DNA of 64,000 nt from Eledone cirrhosa (lineage: Eukaryota): the NCBI GenBank assembly GCA_964016885.1, contig OZ024742.1, forward strand, positions 195,610,001-195,674,000. Direction: 5' to 3'. This document shows, piece after piece, positions 39,261 to 51,605 of the stretch. Position 1 is the stretch's first letter; every line of letters starts with the position of its first letter. The notes beneath the pieces are model-generated. The model made no database searches and was not told the origin of the DNA. It saw only the letters and a program-made list of their open reading frames with translations. Both the position numbers and the translations under genes were made by a program.

Positions 39261-39544
39261 TGTGGAGTGTGTCTAGCATTCCATGCTTGTATAGGTTGGA
39301 CAGGGCTTTGGTGGGAGAGAACAAGTATGCAAGTCGGACATGGATGTGATGAGTGGGATACCTTGCTGGTGAAGTGGGGTAAGGAGAAGATTGGTGCTGA
39401 CTAATGTCCACTTCATGTGTTTCAACCAGGTTCCAATAATTCACTGAGTACATATAAATGGTGTGTTAAGAAAAACATACAAGGCTTGATTTGAAAAAAA
39501 AAAATTTAATTATACATTTTACACATGTTTCATTATTGAGTTGT

Positions 39545-39641
39545 GTTAACTTTGCCTTTCATCCTTCCGGGGTCGATAGAATAAAGTACCAGTAATGCAT
39601 TGGATAATTGCTGGCCTTGTGCCAAAAGTAGAAACAATTAT
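39545..39641 (+). mobile_element. 5'-truncated main tRNA-SINE copy
   Basis: GTTAACTTTGCCTTTCATCCTTCCGGGGTCGATAGAATAAAGTACCAG...GTAGAAACAATTAT. Confidence 0.8.
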
Positions 39642-40129
39642 TGAGTTGTCATTGTCTGCGTTGTTGTTAGAAGATATTGAAATTTCCGATCAATCGTACA
39701 CGATGTTAGCCATTTTATGTCAACAATTCTTCAGAAAATGAATAATTCTTAGATATTTTAATAGTGACGAGAATAATGAGGGAAGGCTGTTAAGTCGACC
39801 AATGGGTATCCAACACTCTAGTTCTACTTAAATGGTACTTGTCATTGGTTGAGATAGTGTCAGCTATGGGAGTGGTTAGGAGAAATAGATAAGTAATAAA
39901 TTAGTCTTATCAACTTGACCATTACAGATAAGGGTAGGGGAATTTACAGGCAATAACTTATGTTAGAATTGGCCGGTTTGACATTTGTAGATAAGAGTGA
40001 AGGTAAGAACAAATCTTTGGTGTCACTAATCTATGTAATAAAATTTGCTATTTGAGGTAGGTAGGATTGATAAAGGTTGGAATGGGTATAGTTTTATAAG
40101 TTCTAATCCTGTGTTAGCTAGGATTATAA

Positions 40130-40790
40130 TTAGAAAATGTTTTTAAGTATTTGTGTTTATAGTAGAATATCCTATATTGTCTTGAATTCGGTAATTTCTT
40201 TCCTGTTAAGGTTTATATGACTTCCATTGCACAACGATCTCAGTCCCTTCTTTCACAGAGTGAGTGAATCATTGAATAGATCACAATAAATCATACTTTA
40301 TTTTTTCATTTTTTATTTTCCATATTTTCCTAGCTAGAGCGCTAGAAGTTCGGAGTTCTGGATTATTAAAAAAGTTGAATGTGGACCCCCACATATCTAA
40401 AATATTTCATGGTTCGTTCTAACTTTACGCTGGTACACTATATTGTTGCTCGTTCATTTACCCGATAGGGTGCAGCAATCTGGTTTTCTACAGTTAAAGT
40501 GTAACAGTGCTTGTCGATTGAAATCTGATTTTAAGAGAAGACGATTTAACAGGCTGGGATAGGAAGGGTCTCAAGTTCTTGTTATTTTGACGTGGTACGA
40601 TAGGCTGAGATGAGGATGTGGACAGATTATTATATTGATTGAGTTCTCTATGCTGTTATTATTTTTTCGGTAGCGCTTATTATTTAGACTGGCTTTAGAA
40701 CTTTCTAGGTTGAGTGTTGTTGAGTATGATAGTCTGTTTTCCTATTTAGAATTATGTGGTATCTATCTGATAGTGGAAGCGGAAGCTTTG
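40130..40790 (-). pseudogene. Decayed Penelope-like element: RT thumb, linker and C-terminal GIY-YIG endonuclease (absent from the ORF track)
   Basis: Manual minus-strand translation across frameshifts gives HRYHIILNRKT..YSTTLNL..SLNNK, NCRKPDCCTLSGK*TSNNIVYQRKV..RYVG, FNNPELRTSSALARKIWKIKNEKIKYDLL*SI and SLC..NLNRKEI. This matches the PLE pattern CNCR..CPL.G.C...IVYQ..YIG..LS.YIW.LK..W.I..LC..LN. Confidence 0.75.
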
Positions 40791-40835
40791 AAAATCGGAT
40801 TGGTACCTTGGACATTGACGACGTCCAGATGTTAA

Positions 40836-40965
40836 CGGACCCCAATCTTGTTACTGACGATGCTACCGAGGAGTCTTTCGGACCCCAATCTTGTTACTGA
40901 CGATGCTACCGAGGAGCCTTTCGGACCCCAATCTTGTTACTGACGATGCTACCGAGGAGTCTTTC
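40836..40965. repeat. 43-bp unit x3 (CGGACCCCAATCTTGTTACTGACGATGCTACCGAGGAGTCTTT)
   Basis: Units start at 40836, 40879 and 40922, with one substitution among the copies. Confidence 0.97.
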
Positions 40966-41117
40966 AAACTCGATCGGCAGTGAAGGCAACACCATTGCAG
41001 ACGGTTGACATGTAATGCAGTCTGTGTTGTTTTTTGACCTTGTATTGTCCCTAATGTTTTGGGCCCTTGTGGCTGATAAAAGAAATCATTATTCTTATTA
41101 ACATCTTTAGATCTTTA

Positions 41118-41615
41118 GGATGGTAGATTGGCAGAGTTGATAAAGCGTTGGACAAAATGCTTTGCAGCATAGAGTTACGACCCTTTACGTTCTGAGTTCA
41201 AATCCCACTGAGATTAGCTTTGCCTTTCATCCTTACAGGGTTGATAAAATAAAGTACCAATAATGCACTGAGGTCGATTTAATCGACTTTTCCCCTCCCC
41301 AAAAATATTGGTTTTGTGCCTAAATCGGAAACCGTTATCAACATCGTTAGTATCATTAGTTTTAAATTTAGTACCTTGATTAACATATATATTTAAGCTG
41401 CTTATTGAATGGTTTCTGATTTAGATGCAAGGCCAAGAATTTAGGGGGAAGGGAAAGTCGATTAAATCCATCCCAGTGCGTTACTGGTACTTTATTTTAT
41501 CGAACCTGAAAGGATGAAAGGCAAAGCTAACCTCAGTTGGATTTGAACTCAGACCGTAAAAAGACATAATTCTATGCCACAAAACAGTGTCTGACGCTCT
41601 ACTGATACTGCCAAT
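41118..41615. mobile_element. Inverted (tail-to-tail) pair of main tRNA-SINEs: about 41118-41338 (+) and 41409-41615 (-)
   Basis: The same head, box and body motifs occur on opposite strands about 70 bp apart. Confidence 0.85.
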
Positions 41616-41870
41616 CATAAGGTAAATACATTGCTAGTTGTTTTTTTTACTTTGCGGGCACTAGATCTTTCCATCGCGCTTTCACTATCTGAAAACTCAT
41701 ACTGTGAAACCTTTTTATCTTTATACATACAGGCTGCCCCCCCCCCCCCCCCAATATATACATACTTTGATTACCTGTGCAGGCAATATCTATTACAATG
41801 CTGTTGAAGTGTGTATACATTTTTTGAAAAAAAAAAACAATGCTTAATGAGTATTGTGTCTCTATATATA

Positions 41871-41970
41871 CAGGGTGTCCCCAAAAATGTATGCACACTT
41901 CGATTACCTGTCAAGGCAATATTCATTAAAATGTTGTTGGTGCGTGTATACATTTTTTGTGGATACCCTG
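41871..41970. mobile_element. 100-bp Tc1/mariner-type MITE, with a decayed sister copy at about 41730-41830
   Basis: TA-CAGGGTGTCCCCAAAAATGTATGCAC...GTGTATACATTTTTTGTGGATACCCTG forms imperfect TIRs. Confidence 0.65.
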
Positions 41971-42899
41971 TGTATATAAAGACGAAATACTCATTAAATA
42001 TTGGTTTCTTCAAAGATTTAAAATTAAGATCCATTACTTTTTACAAGATATAATCTCACTCTTGCAATAATTCTTTGGGAGATTCTCATCTGAACGTGGT
42101 TTGTCTTTTTTTTTCTTGTTTTCAGCTGTCGTTGAAACGACGTTAAACTTTCATTTTGGAAACATCTGAGATAGATCAACTAACCTAGTTTGTTGGTTCT
42201 TTTTATCTTTTCTTTTGCTGCTCCAATTCAATAAAATTTGTAGATACTGGACTACTGCTTTTTATATTTTTGCAATCTGGTATTGTTTTATTGATGCCAT
42301 TTTTATCGAGGCGTTGGTTACGAGAAATAAATATTGAAACGTTCACAAGCGTAAACATAGGCACAGCTTTCTACTAGCGTATGTGTGTGTGTTTTGTAAT
42401 ACAATGTAGATATCAAAAGACAAAAAGTACTTTTTTTACATGTGCAGGTACGAGTTTGTATCATTTACATTTCGTCTTGCAATTTATTTAATTTGATACC
42501 ACAGTATCTCTACAACATGGTGACCCCCAGCTTAATTAAGTAAGGATGGGACATGAATCTATAATAAATAGAAGCATAATTGAAACAACCCAACACAATT
42601 CCTTTGATGAGATTCGAACTCGTTACAGATTTTCAGATAATACATTTTTTATCGAATCTCTGATGCTCCATAGCCTTTTCTAAGATGACCCAGTATAGTG
42701 AATCGTATACAATTAGAAAGCAAGGCTTCTTTCGTAATCTGCATGCGATACGAACTTGTAACGACATATTTGATTTTGAGCTTTATTTACTTTAATGATA
42801 TGGTATGGACATGTAACTCCTTGGGCTGTTGAAGGGGCGCCAAATTGACAAACATCGTTTCTTATAGCATTTATAAACCTGGCGGACACCATCCCCTCT

Positions 42900-43311
42900 C
42901 AAGGCCTGAGTACAACAGAGAAGGATAGAGAGTGAGAGAAAGGAAGAGATATAGAGGAAGAATCGACCTTAGTACGGCACTGGTACATTTTTTCATCGAC
43001 TTCGACTGGATGAAAGGCTAAGTTGACCTCTGTCCGATATTCTAACGACTCTGCCAAGTCGCCGCCTATTAACTTAAGTACATAGAGCGTGGCGGATTGG
43101 AAGATTTTGCTGGAGAGTCGGATAAAATGCCATTGCGCTATTAATTCTGGCTTTTTTTTTTTACAATCTGATATCAAATCCCACCAATGTCATCTTTGTA
43201 TTTCATCCTTCCAGGGTCGATAAAATAAAGCACCGGGTAAGTACTGGAGTTGATTTAATCATCTTTGCCCTCCTCTCAAATGTGTTAACCTTGTGCCTAA
43301 ATTACAAATCA
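42900..43311. mobile_element. Inverted (head-to-head) pair of degenerate main tRNA-SINEs: about 42900-43063 (-) and 43087-43311 (+)
   Basis: CTGGTACATTTTTTCATCGAC..GGATGAAAGGC on one side and TTTCATCCTTCCAGGGTCGATAAAATAAAG on the other. Confidence 0.7.
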
Positions 43312-43354
43312 ATACTTAAGAAAGCCTTGTGGACTCATGCTTAGAAATTAACAT

Positions 43355-43377
<23 letters not shown>

Positions 43378-43388
<11 letters not shown>

Positions 43389-43417
43389 TATAGTGTATTT
43401 TGCAATACACTGTATGC

Positions 43418-43448
<31 letters not shown>

Positions 43449-43530
43449 GTGTATTTTGCAATACACTGTATGCATATATATATATATATATACATATACA
43501 TACAGTGTATTTTGCAATACACTGTATGCT
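43378..43530. repeat. About 56-bp minisatellite x3, each with the hairpin AGTGTATT(TTGC)AATACACT separated by (TA)n
   Basis: Three copies of AGTGTATTTTGCAATACACTGTATGC at about 43392, 43448 and 43504. Confidence 0.9.
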
Positions 43531-43827
43531 TATATTAAAAACATTTTGAAAGACCTTACGCTATTGTTTTAAAGTAGTGACTATGTCACTTCTTTTTTCA
43601 GCAAACAAGGGGAGATAAGCTGACATATCTCTGTTTCGTACTGTTGGTACTCCTCAGAGCTTAACACTCCCTTTGCCTGCTGAAAATTATGAATGTTGGA
43701 TTCTTATAGAATTCCAGTAATAATCAGGAACTGATTATACAGAGCGATTGCGGTCCAGCAAAAATTGAAAATTAGAATTCTATAGATAGACCACTCTTTT
43801 TTCCTTTGCTTTTCCTTCGTAATTACG

Positions 43828-43920
<93 letters not shown>

Positions 43921-44263
43921 TGTGTGTGTGTGTGTGTGTGTGTGTGGTGCCAGTGCCAAGGGCTACGACATGTAGATAGTATCAGCAATGGACCAACCAG
44001 TAGAAACAGTAGACTCCTTCGTTCGTTATCTTTTAGAAGGAATTGAGTAAACGACTTTTTTTTATTTTTCCGGCACTAATTGTTAATTCAATAAATCGAT
44101 ATTCCCTTTTTGCTTGTTCCTGTCCATGGGCTGTCGTATGTTGTCTCACATATTTTATGTTTTTGAAACATCTGTTGTGAGGAAATTTTGAAAAAAAAAA
44201 CGTGTGTGTATGTGTGTACACACACACACACACACACACATAAGTATGTACACGTACATACAT

Positions 44264-44691
44264 ATAAGTATGTACACGTACATATATGTATATAGACATA
44301 CATGCACACATATATATGTACGTATGGATTCACCGAACATTTATTATAATGCTCGGTGTGTTTGTAAACAAACATCCCGTATTAAGCCGTAGTGTCCAGC
44401 AACCATCGTTGCTCGTTTGTTCAACACTGACAAAGAAACGCTGTACTAGTTTCAAGCTTATTAGCTATCATCAGCAACGTATAGCTTCCTGCCAGATTGT
44501 TGAACGTATATACTTACCTTATGCATATTAACGGCTGAGTAGCCCAATTGATGTTTGTTTACAAGCACACCGAGCATTATAATAAATGTTCGGTGAATCC
44601 ATACGTACACATATATATGTGTGCATGTATGTATATATACATGCTACTGTACGCCTGTATACATATACGTATGTACGTGTACATACTTATA
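44264..44691. repeat. Fold-back with arms about 44264-44376 and 44550-44691 around a 173-bp spacer
   Basis: GTACGTATGGATTCACCGAACATTTATTATAATGCTCGGTGTG.TTGTAAACAAACATC is mirrored at 44550-44608. Confidence 0.85.
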
Positions 44692-44764
44692 TTTAAGTAA
44701 CAGCCGTACTAAGACTGGGAAATGAAATTTCGTTTCATTTTTTCCTCTACATATTATATATATA

Positions 44765-44876
44765 GGCAGGGCGCATGTCTTAGTGTTTAAAGCATTGGTC
44801 TTGCAATCGAAAGGTTGTGAGTTCAATTCTCGGACCGGGTGATGTGTTGTTTCCTTGAGCAAGACACTTTATTTCA
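44765..44876 (+). mobile_element. tRNA-headed SINE of another family, 3'-truncated by the Gypsy relic
   Basis: A-box TGTCTTAGTGTTT, anticodon-like arm and B-box GAGTTCAATTC, then TTCCTTGAGCAAGACACTTT. Confidence 0.6.
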
Positions 44877-47800
44877 TGAACTAAAAGGTGAAACAAACGT
44901 GGTTTTGTAGTGTGCATGAAAAACAGGATATGTACACGCCTTGTATGTATTTAAAAATTATGGCAATTACAAAATCAATGTTACAGAGTGAAGAAAATTA
45001 CAAAATCAATGCTACAAGAGTGAAGAAAAAAAAATGTTATACACAATGATATACACAATGTTTGTTCTTAAATAGAGTTTGTAATAAATAATGTTCATTA
45101 GAAATAATGTTCTTCGTGATATGAGCACATGGTCACTAAAAATTGCAATTGTTCAAGCAGAAAGTTCATTGTATTTGAAACTGGAAATAGTAAACACAAG
45201 AAAAATGGAAATGTTTTGCACGAAGAATGATTAAGAAACTCACTTGAGGTTAACGGTAATTCACATATTGTGCCAACTTTGCGGGCCAATGGACGCGTCG
45301 TCCGCTTCTCGTGACTGGAGATGAAACAGGTGGCTCGCTGGGACAGCAATCTGTTGGAGTTTCTGGAGTAGAGACTGTAACAGTATCCATGATGGCTTTT
45401 TTTAATCTGTCCACGCTGACAGAATTCTGTTTACCATCTAGATCGAGAATAAAATATTTCGGATATTTTTTTAGAACACGATAAGGGCCAGAATATGGAG
45501 GGCGAAGATGAGCTGAGATGGTGTCGTTTCGAACGAAAACGTGTGTCCAATCTTTAATGTCTGAAGGTACGCGTGTGGCCGTGTTCTGTTGACGGGTGCT
45601 TGCAGGAGCAAGGTGAGACATATATTGTCGAAGACGGTGTACGTATGATCCTGGGTCTGGAACATCCAGAGGAGAGATGGGAGCAACCATCTGACCAGGT
45701 AGAACCAGGGTGGTGCCGTACACTAATTCTGCAGGTGTGTGTCCGAATTCCTCTTTAACGGTGGATCGAATGCCTAGAAGGATGAGTGGTAGGTATTCAA
45801 ACCAGTGGGTCTTGTCTGGATATGCTTTTATTGCAGCTTTCAATTGGCGATGGAATCTTTCCACGAGACCATTAGCTTGCGGGTGATAAGCTGTCGTGCG
45901 GATGTTTTTACATCCTAACAGGCGAGTCAGTTCCCTGAAGAGGTGGGAGTCAAATTGGCGTCCTCTGTCCGTTGTTATCTTCGCTGGGGCGCCATAACGT
46001 GATACCCAGTGTAAAATCAAAGTTTTAGCGACTGTTTCCGCTAAGATATCATTTATGGGAAAAGCCTCAGGCCAACGAGAAAATCGATCTATGCAGGTGA
46101 GCAAGTGTGTGTAGTTCTGTGATGGTGGTAGAGGTCCGACGATGTCGATATGCACATGATGAAAACGTGCATCAGGTTGCGCGAATGTGCCGAGTGGAGT
46201 TTTGATGTGTCTGTGGACTTTGGCTTTCTGGCAGGCAATGCAGCTCCTGGACCAGTCGCGCGCGTCCTTGTTAATGTTAGTCCACACAAAACGAGCAGAG
46301 ATGAGTTTCTGTGTAGCCCGGATTCCCGGGTGAGACAAGCAGTGTAAAGCAGAAAAACTTGTCGACGGTGCATCTGTGGTACGTACGGTCGTTCATGACC
46401 GGTAGCAAGGTCGCACCAAATTTGTCCCGGAGAAGAAGGAATGGGAATTTGCTGAAACTTGAGGGATGGCGAATCTCGGAGTTTGATAAACTCTTCGTCA
46501 GTCTCTTGGTCAGCTGCGATCTGTTGAAGGTCGATGCCTGAATGCACATGTATTGCGTTCAGCTGGATTCGGGACAGGGCGTCGGCTGCTACGTTGTCTG
46601 ATCCCTTGATATGCCGAATATCAGTTGAATATTGGGAGACAAAATCCAGGTGTCGGAGTTCTCTCGGTGAATGTTGATCAGGTTTGGTACGGAACGCATA
46701 AATTAATGGTTGATGGTCCGTGTAGATCACGAAATCTGATCCTTCAAGCATGTGCCGAAAATGCTTAACCGAAAATAGGTTGCCAAAAGTTCGCGGCCAA
46801 AGGTACTGCATTTCGTTTCTGCCGGTTGCAACCGCTTAGAAAAGAAGGATAAGGGTTTCCACACGCCGTCGGCATGTAGAACGCCTCCAACACCCGTGTC
46901 TGATGCGTCCGCTAGCAGCGAAAGAGGAGCGCCAGACCTGGGGAAAACGAGCATGGAAGCGTTTGCCAACATTTCCTTCAGGCGGTTAAAAGATGTTAAT
47001 TCTTCCTCGTTTAGAGTGATCTCTTCGCTTTTGCGAGTCCGGTTACGAAGAAGGTCTATGAGGAGTCTGGCTGCGTCGGAACAATGAGGGATGAACCGCC
47101 TATAAAAATTCACCAGACCGAGGAATTCACGCAGTTTCCGAAGTGATGTAGGTGCGGGAAAACTGCGGATAGCTTCTACTTTCTCGGGAAGTGGACGAAT
47201 GCCGTCTTTATCGATGATGTGCCCGAGAAAGGACAGTGAAGGAACGCCGAGAAGGCACTTTCTGGGGTTGATGATGATACCGTACTCAGCCAAACGTCGG
47301 AAAAGGAGATCTAAGTGCTTCTCGTGTTCATTCTCGGAAGCACTTGCTACCAGTATGTCGTCAATATACGCGTATACGAAGGGTAGATCGCGTAACACGG
47401 TGTCAATAAACCGCTGAAAAGTTTGTGCAGCGTTGCGCAGACCGAACGGCATTCGCAGGAATTCGAATAAACCGAACGGTGTTGTGATTGCGGTCGTCGG
47501 AATGTCTGCAGGCTCCATAGGTATCTGGTTATATGCACGCACCAAATCTACCTTGGAAAAGATTCGTGCGCCTTGCAGAGAGGCAGAAAAATCGTGCAGG
47601 TGAGGTACAGGGTAATTATCGGACACTGTAGAATTGTTAAGTGCACGATAATCCCCACATGGTCGCCAATCATTCTCGTTTTTTTTTTGGAACAAGGTGT
47701 AGGGGTGCAGACCAGTTGCTGGAGGAAGGGCGAATGATTCCGAGGTCTAGCATGTGTTGGAACTCCTGCTTGGCGATTCTCAATCGGTCTGGAGGCAGTC

Positions 47801-48383
47801 TTCTTGGTCGGGCAGCTGTGGGTGGTCCCTTTGTCTCGATGTGGTGCGGGACACTATGCTTAATAGGACCATCCTTAAATACCGGGCGAGTGATGTCTGG
47901 GTATTTCTGGAGAATGCCGTTGTACCGCGAAGGCTCTGACTGGCAAATTACAGGGCTCACTGTGCATTGCGTGGTAAATAAAACCTCTCACAGTGAGGTT
48001 TGTGGTGGTGTCAATAAGCCTCCGTTTCTTCATATCTACCAGAAGGTTGAAGTGGTGGAGAAAATCGGCTCCTAAGATCGGGGTAGGTAAATCCTATCGG
48101 CAATGTAGGTAAATCCTATCGGCGACGCCAATAAACTCTGTTGTATTCCTCTCGGTACTCGCAGAGAAAACACAACGAGTTATATCAAATAATTTGTGTA
48201 TTGTACGAAACAACCAAAACGCCCTCCTCACAGTAGCAGAATAACATAAAGTAAGTGAGTGCAGCAGTCTGTGACCGCGTTTTTAATACCAACGCTGACT
48301 GACTGCCCAGGTCACGTAATTCATATGCAAATGTGTGAGCACGTGTAAATTGAATAAAACGAATTTAACAGTCCATACAACAA
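44877..48383 (-). mobile_element. Gypsy/Ty3 LTR retrotransposon relic: pol (RT-RNase H-integrase) with frameshifts, gag largely deleted, one putative LTR (about 48131-48379) and PBS
   Basis: [37 protein letters not shown], integrase [32 protein letters not shown] and a GPY motif. TGGCGTCGCCGATAGG (minus strand, about 48115-48130) is PBS-like. No second LTR was found. Confidence 0.93.
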
Positions 48384-48465
48384 TGAGGTTGTGAGTTCGA
48401 TTCCCAGTCCATACAACAAGTTATTTTACTAATGCTTAGATATGTAAAAATGAAGCAATGTTTCT

Positions 48466-48647
48466 AATAATTGTTTCTACTTTTGGCACAAGGCCAGCAA
48501 TTACTCAGTACATTACTGGTACTTTATTTTATCGACCCCGTGAGGATGAAAGGCAAAGTTAACCTCGGCGGTATTTGAACTCAGACCGTAAAGGTCTGAG
48601 TGAAGCATGGTGTCCGACTCTCTACAGATTCTGCCAATCCACCGCCC
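48466..48647 (-). mobile_element. Main tRNA-SINE copy
   Basis: CTGGTACTTTATTTTATCGACCCCGTGAGGATGAAAGGCAAAGTTAACCTCGG. Confidence 0.85.
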
Positions 48648-48949
48648 TAATGTCTGTACGTAATGAGGGAGTGAGAGGGGAGAGAAAGAAAGGCAGAGGT
48701 GAAGTGACGAAGTGACTCTCTCCTCCTCCTCCTCCTCCATCTCCCCATTCGTCACAGCGATAGAGGGGAGGAATGTTAGTGTGTTACAAAGAGAAAGAGT
48801 GAGAGTGAGAGAAACAGACAGACTAAAAGAGAGGGATAGCTGGAGAGAGAGAGAGAGATAGCAACCACGCGCGCACATGTTTCCACTGTCGGACAGACAG
48901 ACAGAGAAATTGCTGGTTATATATTATAAGGAGACTAGCAGAAAACCAA

Positions 48950-50130
48950 CTGCCACTGACATCACTGTTCAGTCCGAGGAAAGGGACGCCACTTCTCGCT
49001 GCTAACCGACTAGCACGGTGGGCCCTGTGGCTGAACCAGTTTGACTACACCATCGAATATCGGAAAACAGCGGATCATGGCAATGCAGATGCCCTCAGTC
49101 GCTTGCCATTTGGTAATGACATCGACTTTGACAGGAAGGAAAATGGTGAAGACATGGACATGGTGTGCGCCATCAAAGCTCTCAGTCTTCAAGTTCAACC
49201 TATCGATGCTAACGTCCTCCGTCAAGAGTCAGAGAAAGATCCAGTGATATCTACAGTGATACGCTACATCCGTGAAGGCTGGCCACCAAAGAATACTGAG
49301 ATCAATGACGAAGTCAATAAGTTCCGGAAGTTATTGGATTCACTCAGTATCTGCCACGGATGCCTTATCCATGGATCGAGAGTTGTGATTCCACATAGCT
49401 TACAGCCAAAGATCCTCAATCTTCTGCATCTCGGACACTTTGGTATGGAGCGCATGAAACAATTGGCAAGAACTGCTGTTTATTGGCCTGGTATCGATGC
49501 TGCTATAGAGAAAACCAGTCGACAATGTGATTCGTGTGGTGAACATTAAAACCAGCCATCCAAGTCTCCAGTTCACCCATGGATGTTACCTGAAAAGCCG
49601 TGGAGCCGCTTACACCTGGACCACGCAATAAATTGCATGGGCAGTAATTGGTTGGTGATCACGGATGCTTATTCCAAGTATCCATGCATTCATCCTACGT
49701 CATCCACGTCCTCCAGAGCCACTTTAGATCTGCTTGAAGAAGACTTTGCGCACTTCGGATTTCCTCACACGCAAGTCACCGATAACGCACCAACTTTTAT
49801 TTCTGAGGAGTTCCAGAGCTGGTGCAAAGAACGTGGGATCACGCACCTGACAGGGGCACCTTACCACCCAGCTACCAACGGAGCAGCGGAACGTTTGGTG
49901 CAGACCTTCAAACAAGCTCTGAGGAAGACTTCTCTTCCGCCGAAGCGAGCACTTCAAGAGTTCTTGATGCAGTACCGGAGAACACCGACATCCAGTGGAT
50001 TCTCTCCGAGTGAACTTTTGAATCACCGGCAGATACGGACAAGGATTGATTCTCTGCTGTCCTCGCCAGCACACATCGCTCAAGGCAAGCAGTCTAAGGG
50101 AGCATATAAGTCTCAGATGACTCCGGACTC
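48950..50130 (+). pseudogene. Second Gypsy fragment (RNase H end plus integrase), one in-frame stop
   Basis: FDYTIEYRKTADHGNADALSRLP, HLGHFG..YWPGID..CDSC, PWSRLHLD, TDNAPTF and HPATNGAAERLVQTFK. No LTRs were seen. Confidence 0.9.
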
Positions 50131-50425
50131 GTTATATCATAACGTTTATGTATCATAACGTTTATATTTCCGTCACTAATCTCTTTTTCTCCTATTTCGT
50201 TTTAACATATATTTATTTCAAAGATTTCACCGTATAGATAACATATATATTTATACATGCATAAAAGACACACCGAGAGACGGTGAACATGTGGTGCCGA
50301 AAACATTTCTCATCCAAATCTCAACAATATCAGTATATACACTAGATTTGCTAGCAGAAAACCGCCCACCGTCTATATATCTAAAACAGAGAATTTCTGT
50401 CTGTCTGACTCCCTAAAACTCGAGA

Positions 50426-50480
<55 letters not shown>

Positions 50481-50957
50481 TAAACGGAATAGAAAATGCT
50501 GACAAATTGTTCACAGTTGAAAAATGGTTTAATTAGGAATAAAAGAGTATTAGTGATTGTATGGGTTAGTATTCAGTTGTGGTTTTAAGTTTTTAAGGTT
50601 TTACCGGTTGCGCATTTCTAAATGCTTTTCAAAAATAATTTTGAGATAGAGTTTCCGTGCTGTTTGCTCTGATCTGATTAGTTTTGGGAATTCTACCTGT
50701 TTTTATGTTAAAAAAGTGGCTCCAGCGTTATTTTTGTGTTGCAAAAATGCTTGTGGTCAAAACAATTTTGATTGGTCGGTAGAGGTCATGTGAATGTAAA
50801 AAGTTGATTTTGCGCCAAGACTGTTTTTATGTTAAAATGTTAAAAAAGTGGCTCCAGCAAAAATTATTGGTCAAAACAATTTTGATTGGTCGGTAGAGGT
50901 CATGTGGATAAAAAATTGGTTTTGCGCCAAGATTGAGAAATGACTCTTTCACAACAA

Positions 50958-51015
<58 letters not shown>

Positions 51016-51089
51016 TAGTAGTAGTAGTAAGGTGTTCGATGCTGCGACAATGGCCAGCAGCGATGTGTGTCAAATGGCTATTAAGATAA

Positions 51090-51120
<31 letters not shown>

Positions 51121-51605
51121 TATATATAGCAGAGTCATTCGAAGGTCAAAAGATATTTTTCAGCTTTTGTCTTATACGGAGAAGTGTGTGTGTGTGTGTG
51201 TGTGTGTGTATAAGTCTCTTTGTATGTTGATGTACGCGTGTGTATGTGTTTGTGTATATATGTGTGTGTGTGTGTGTGTGGGTGGACCAGTATTTTTTTC
51301 CCCCTGGTAAAATGGTGTACATTATTCGATTTTTTCAGTAAAATCGGTTCTCTTAATAGAACATCAAAAATCTTAACAATAAAAGGTGTGAAATGATATT
51401 CACTATATATATATACACACACACACACACACATTCACTACATATATATATATATATACATATGTACATACATATATATGCACATATTTTTTTTGTATTG
51501 CACCATAGAGCATGTGTGTTTACGTGTGTCATTGTGTTTATATGTGGGTAGAGATGTGTGCTGATGTAGGTATGTATGTTGACGTGTGTATGTTGTGGGT
51601 TCGTC

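Noticed and set aside
39680-39745. Minus-strand CTGAAGA ... GAAA downstream of the Penelope relic
   Set aside because: The position fits a pseudo-LTR hammerhead, but helices I and II could not be paired convincingly.
40450-40465. TGA at a conserved Cys position of the PLE endonuclease (possible selenocysteine, as in Naiad PLEs)
   Set aside because: The copy has other stops and frameshifts, including TGA at a Trp position. Its endonuclease is C-terminal, unlike Naiads, and no SECIS was identified.
43316-44392. Short ORFs rich in YI, CV and HT repeats (also at 50.9-52.5, 55.1-55.5, 59.6-59.9 and 61.5-61.9 kb)
   Set aside because: They are translations of (TA)n, (CA)n, (CATA)n, (TAA)n and (GAGAT)n microsatellites.
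44765-44845. tRNA gene
   Set aside because: The acceptor stem does not pair and it runs into a SINE-type body, so it was treated as a SINE head.
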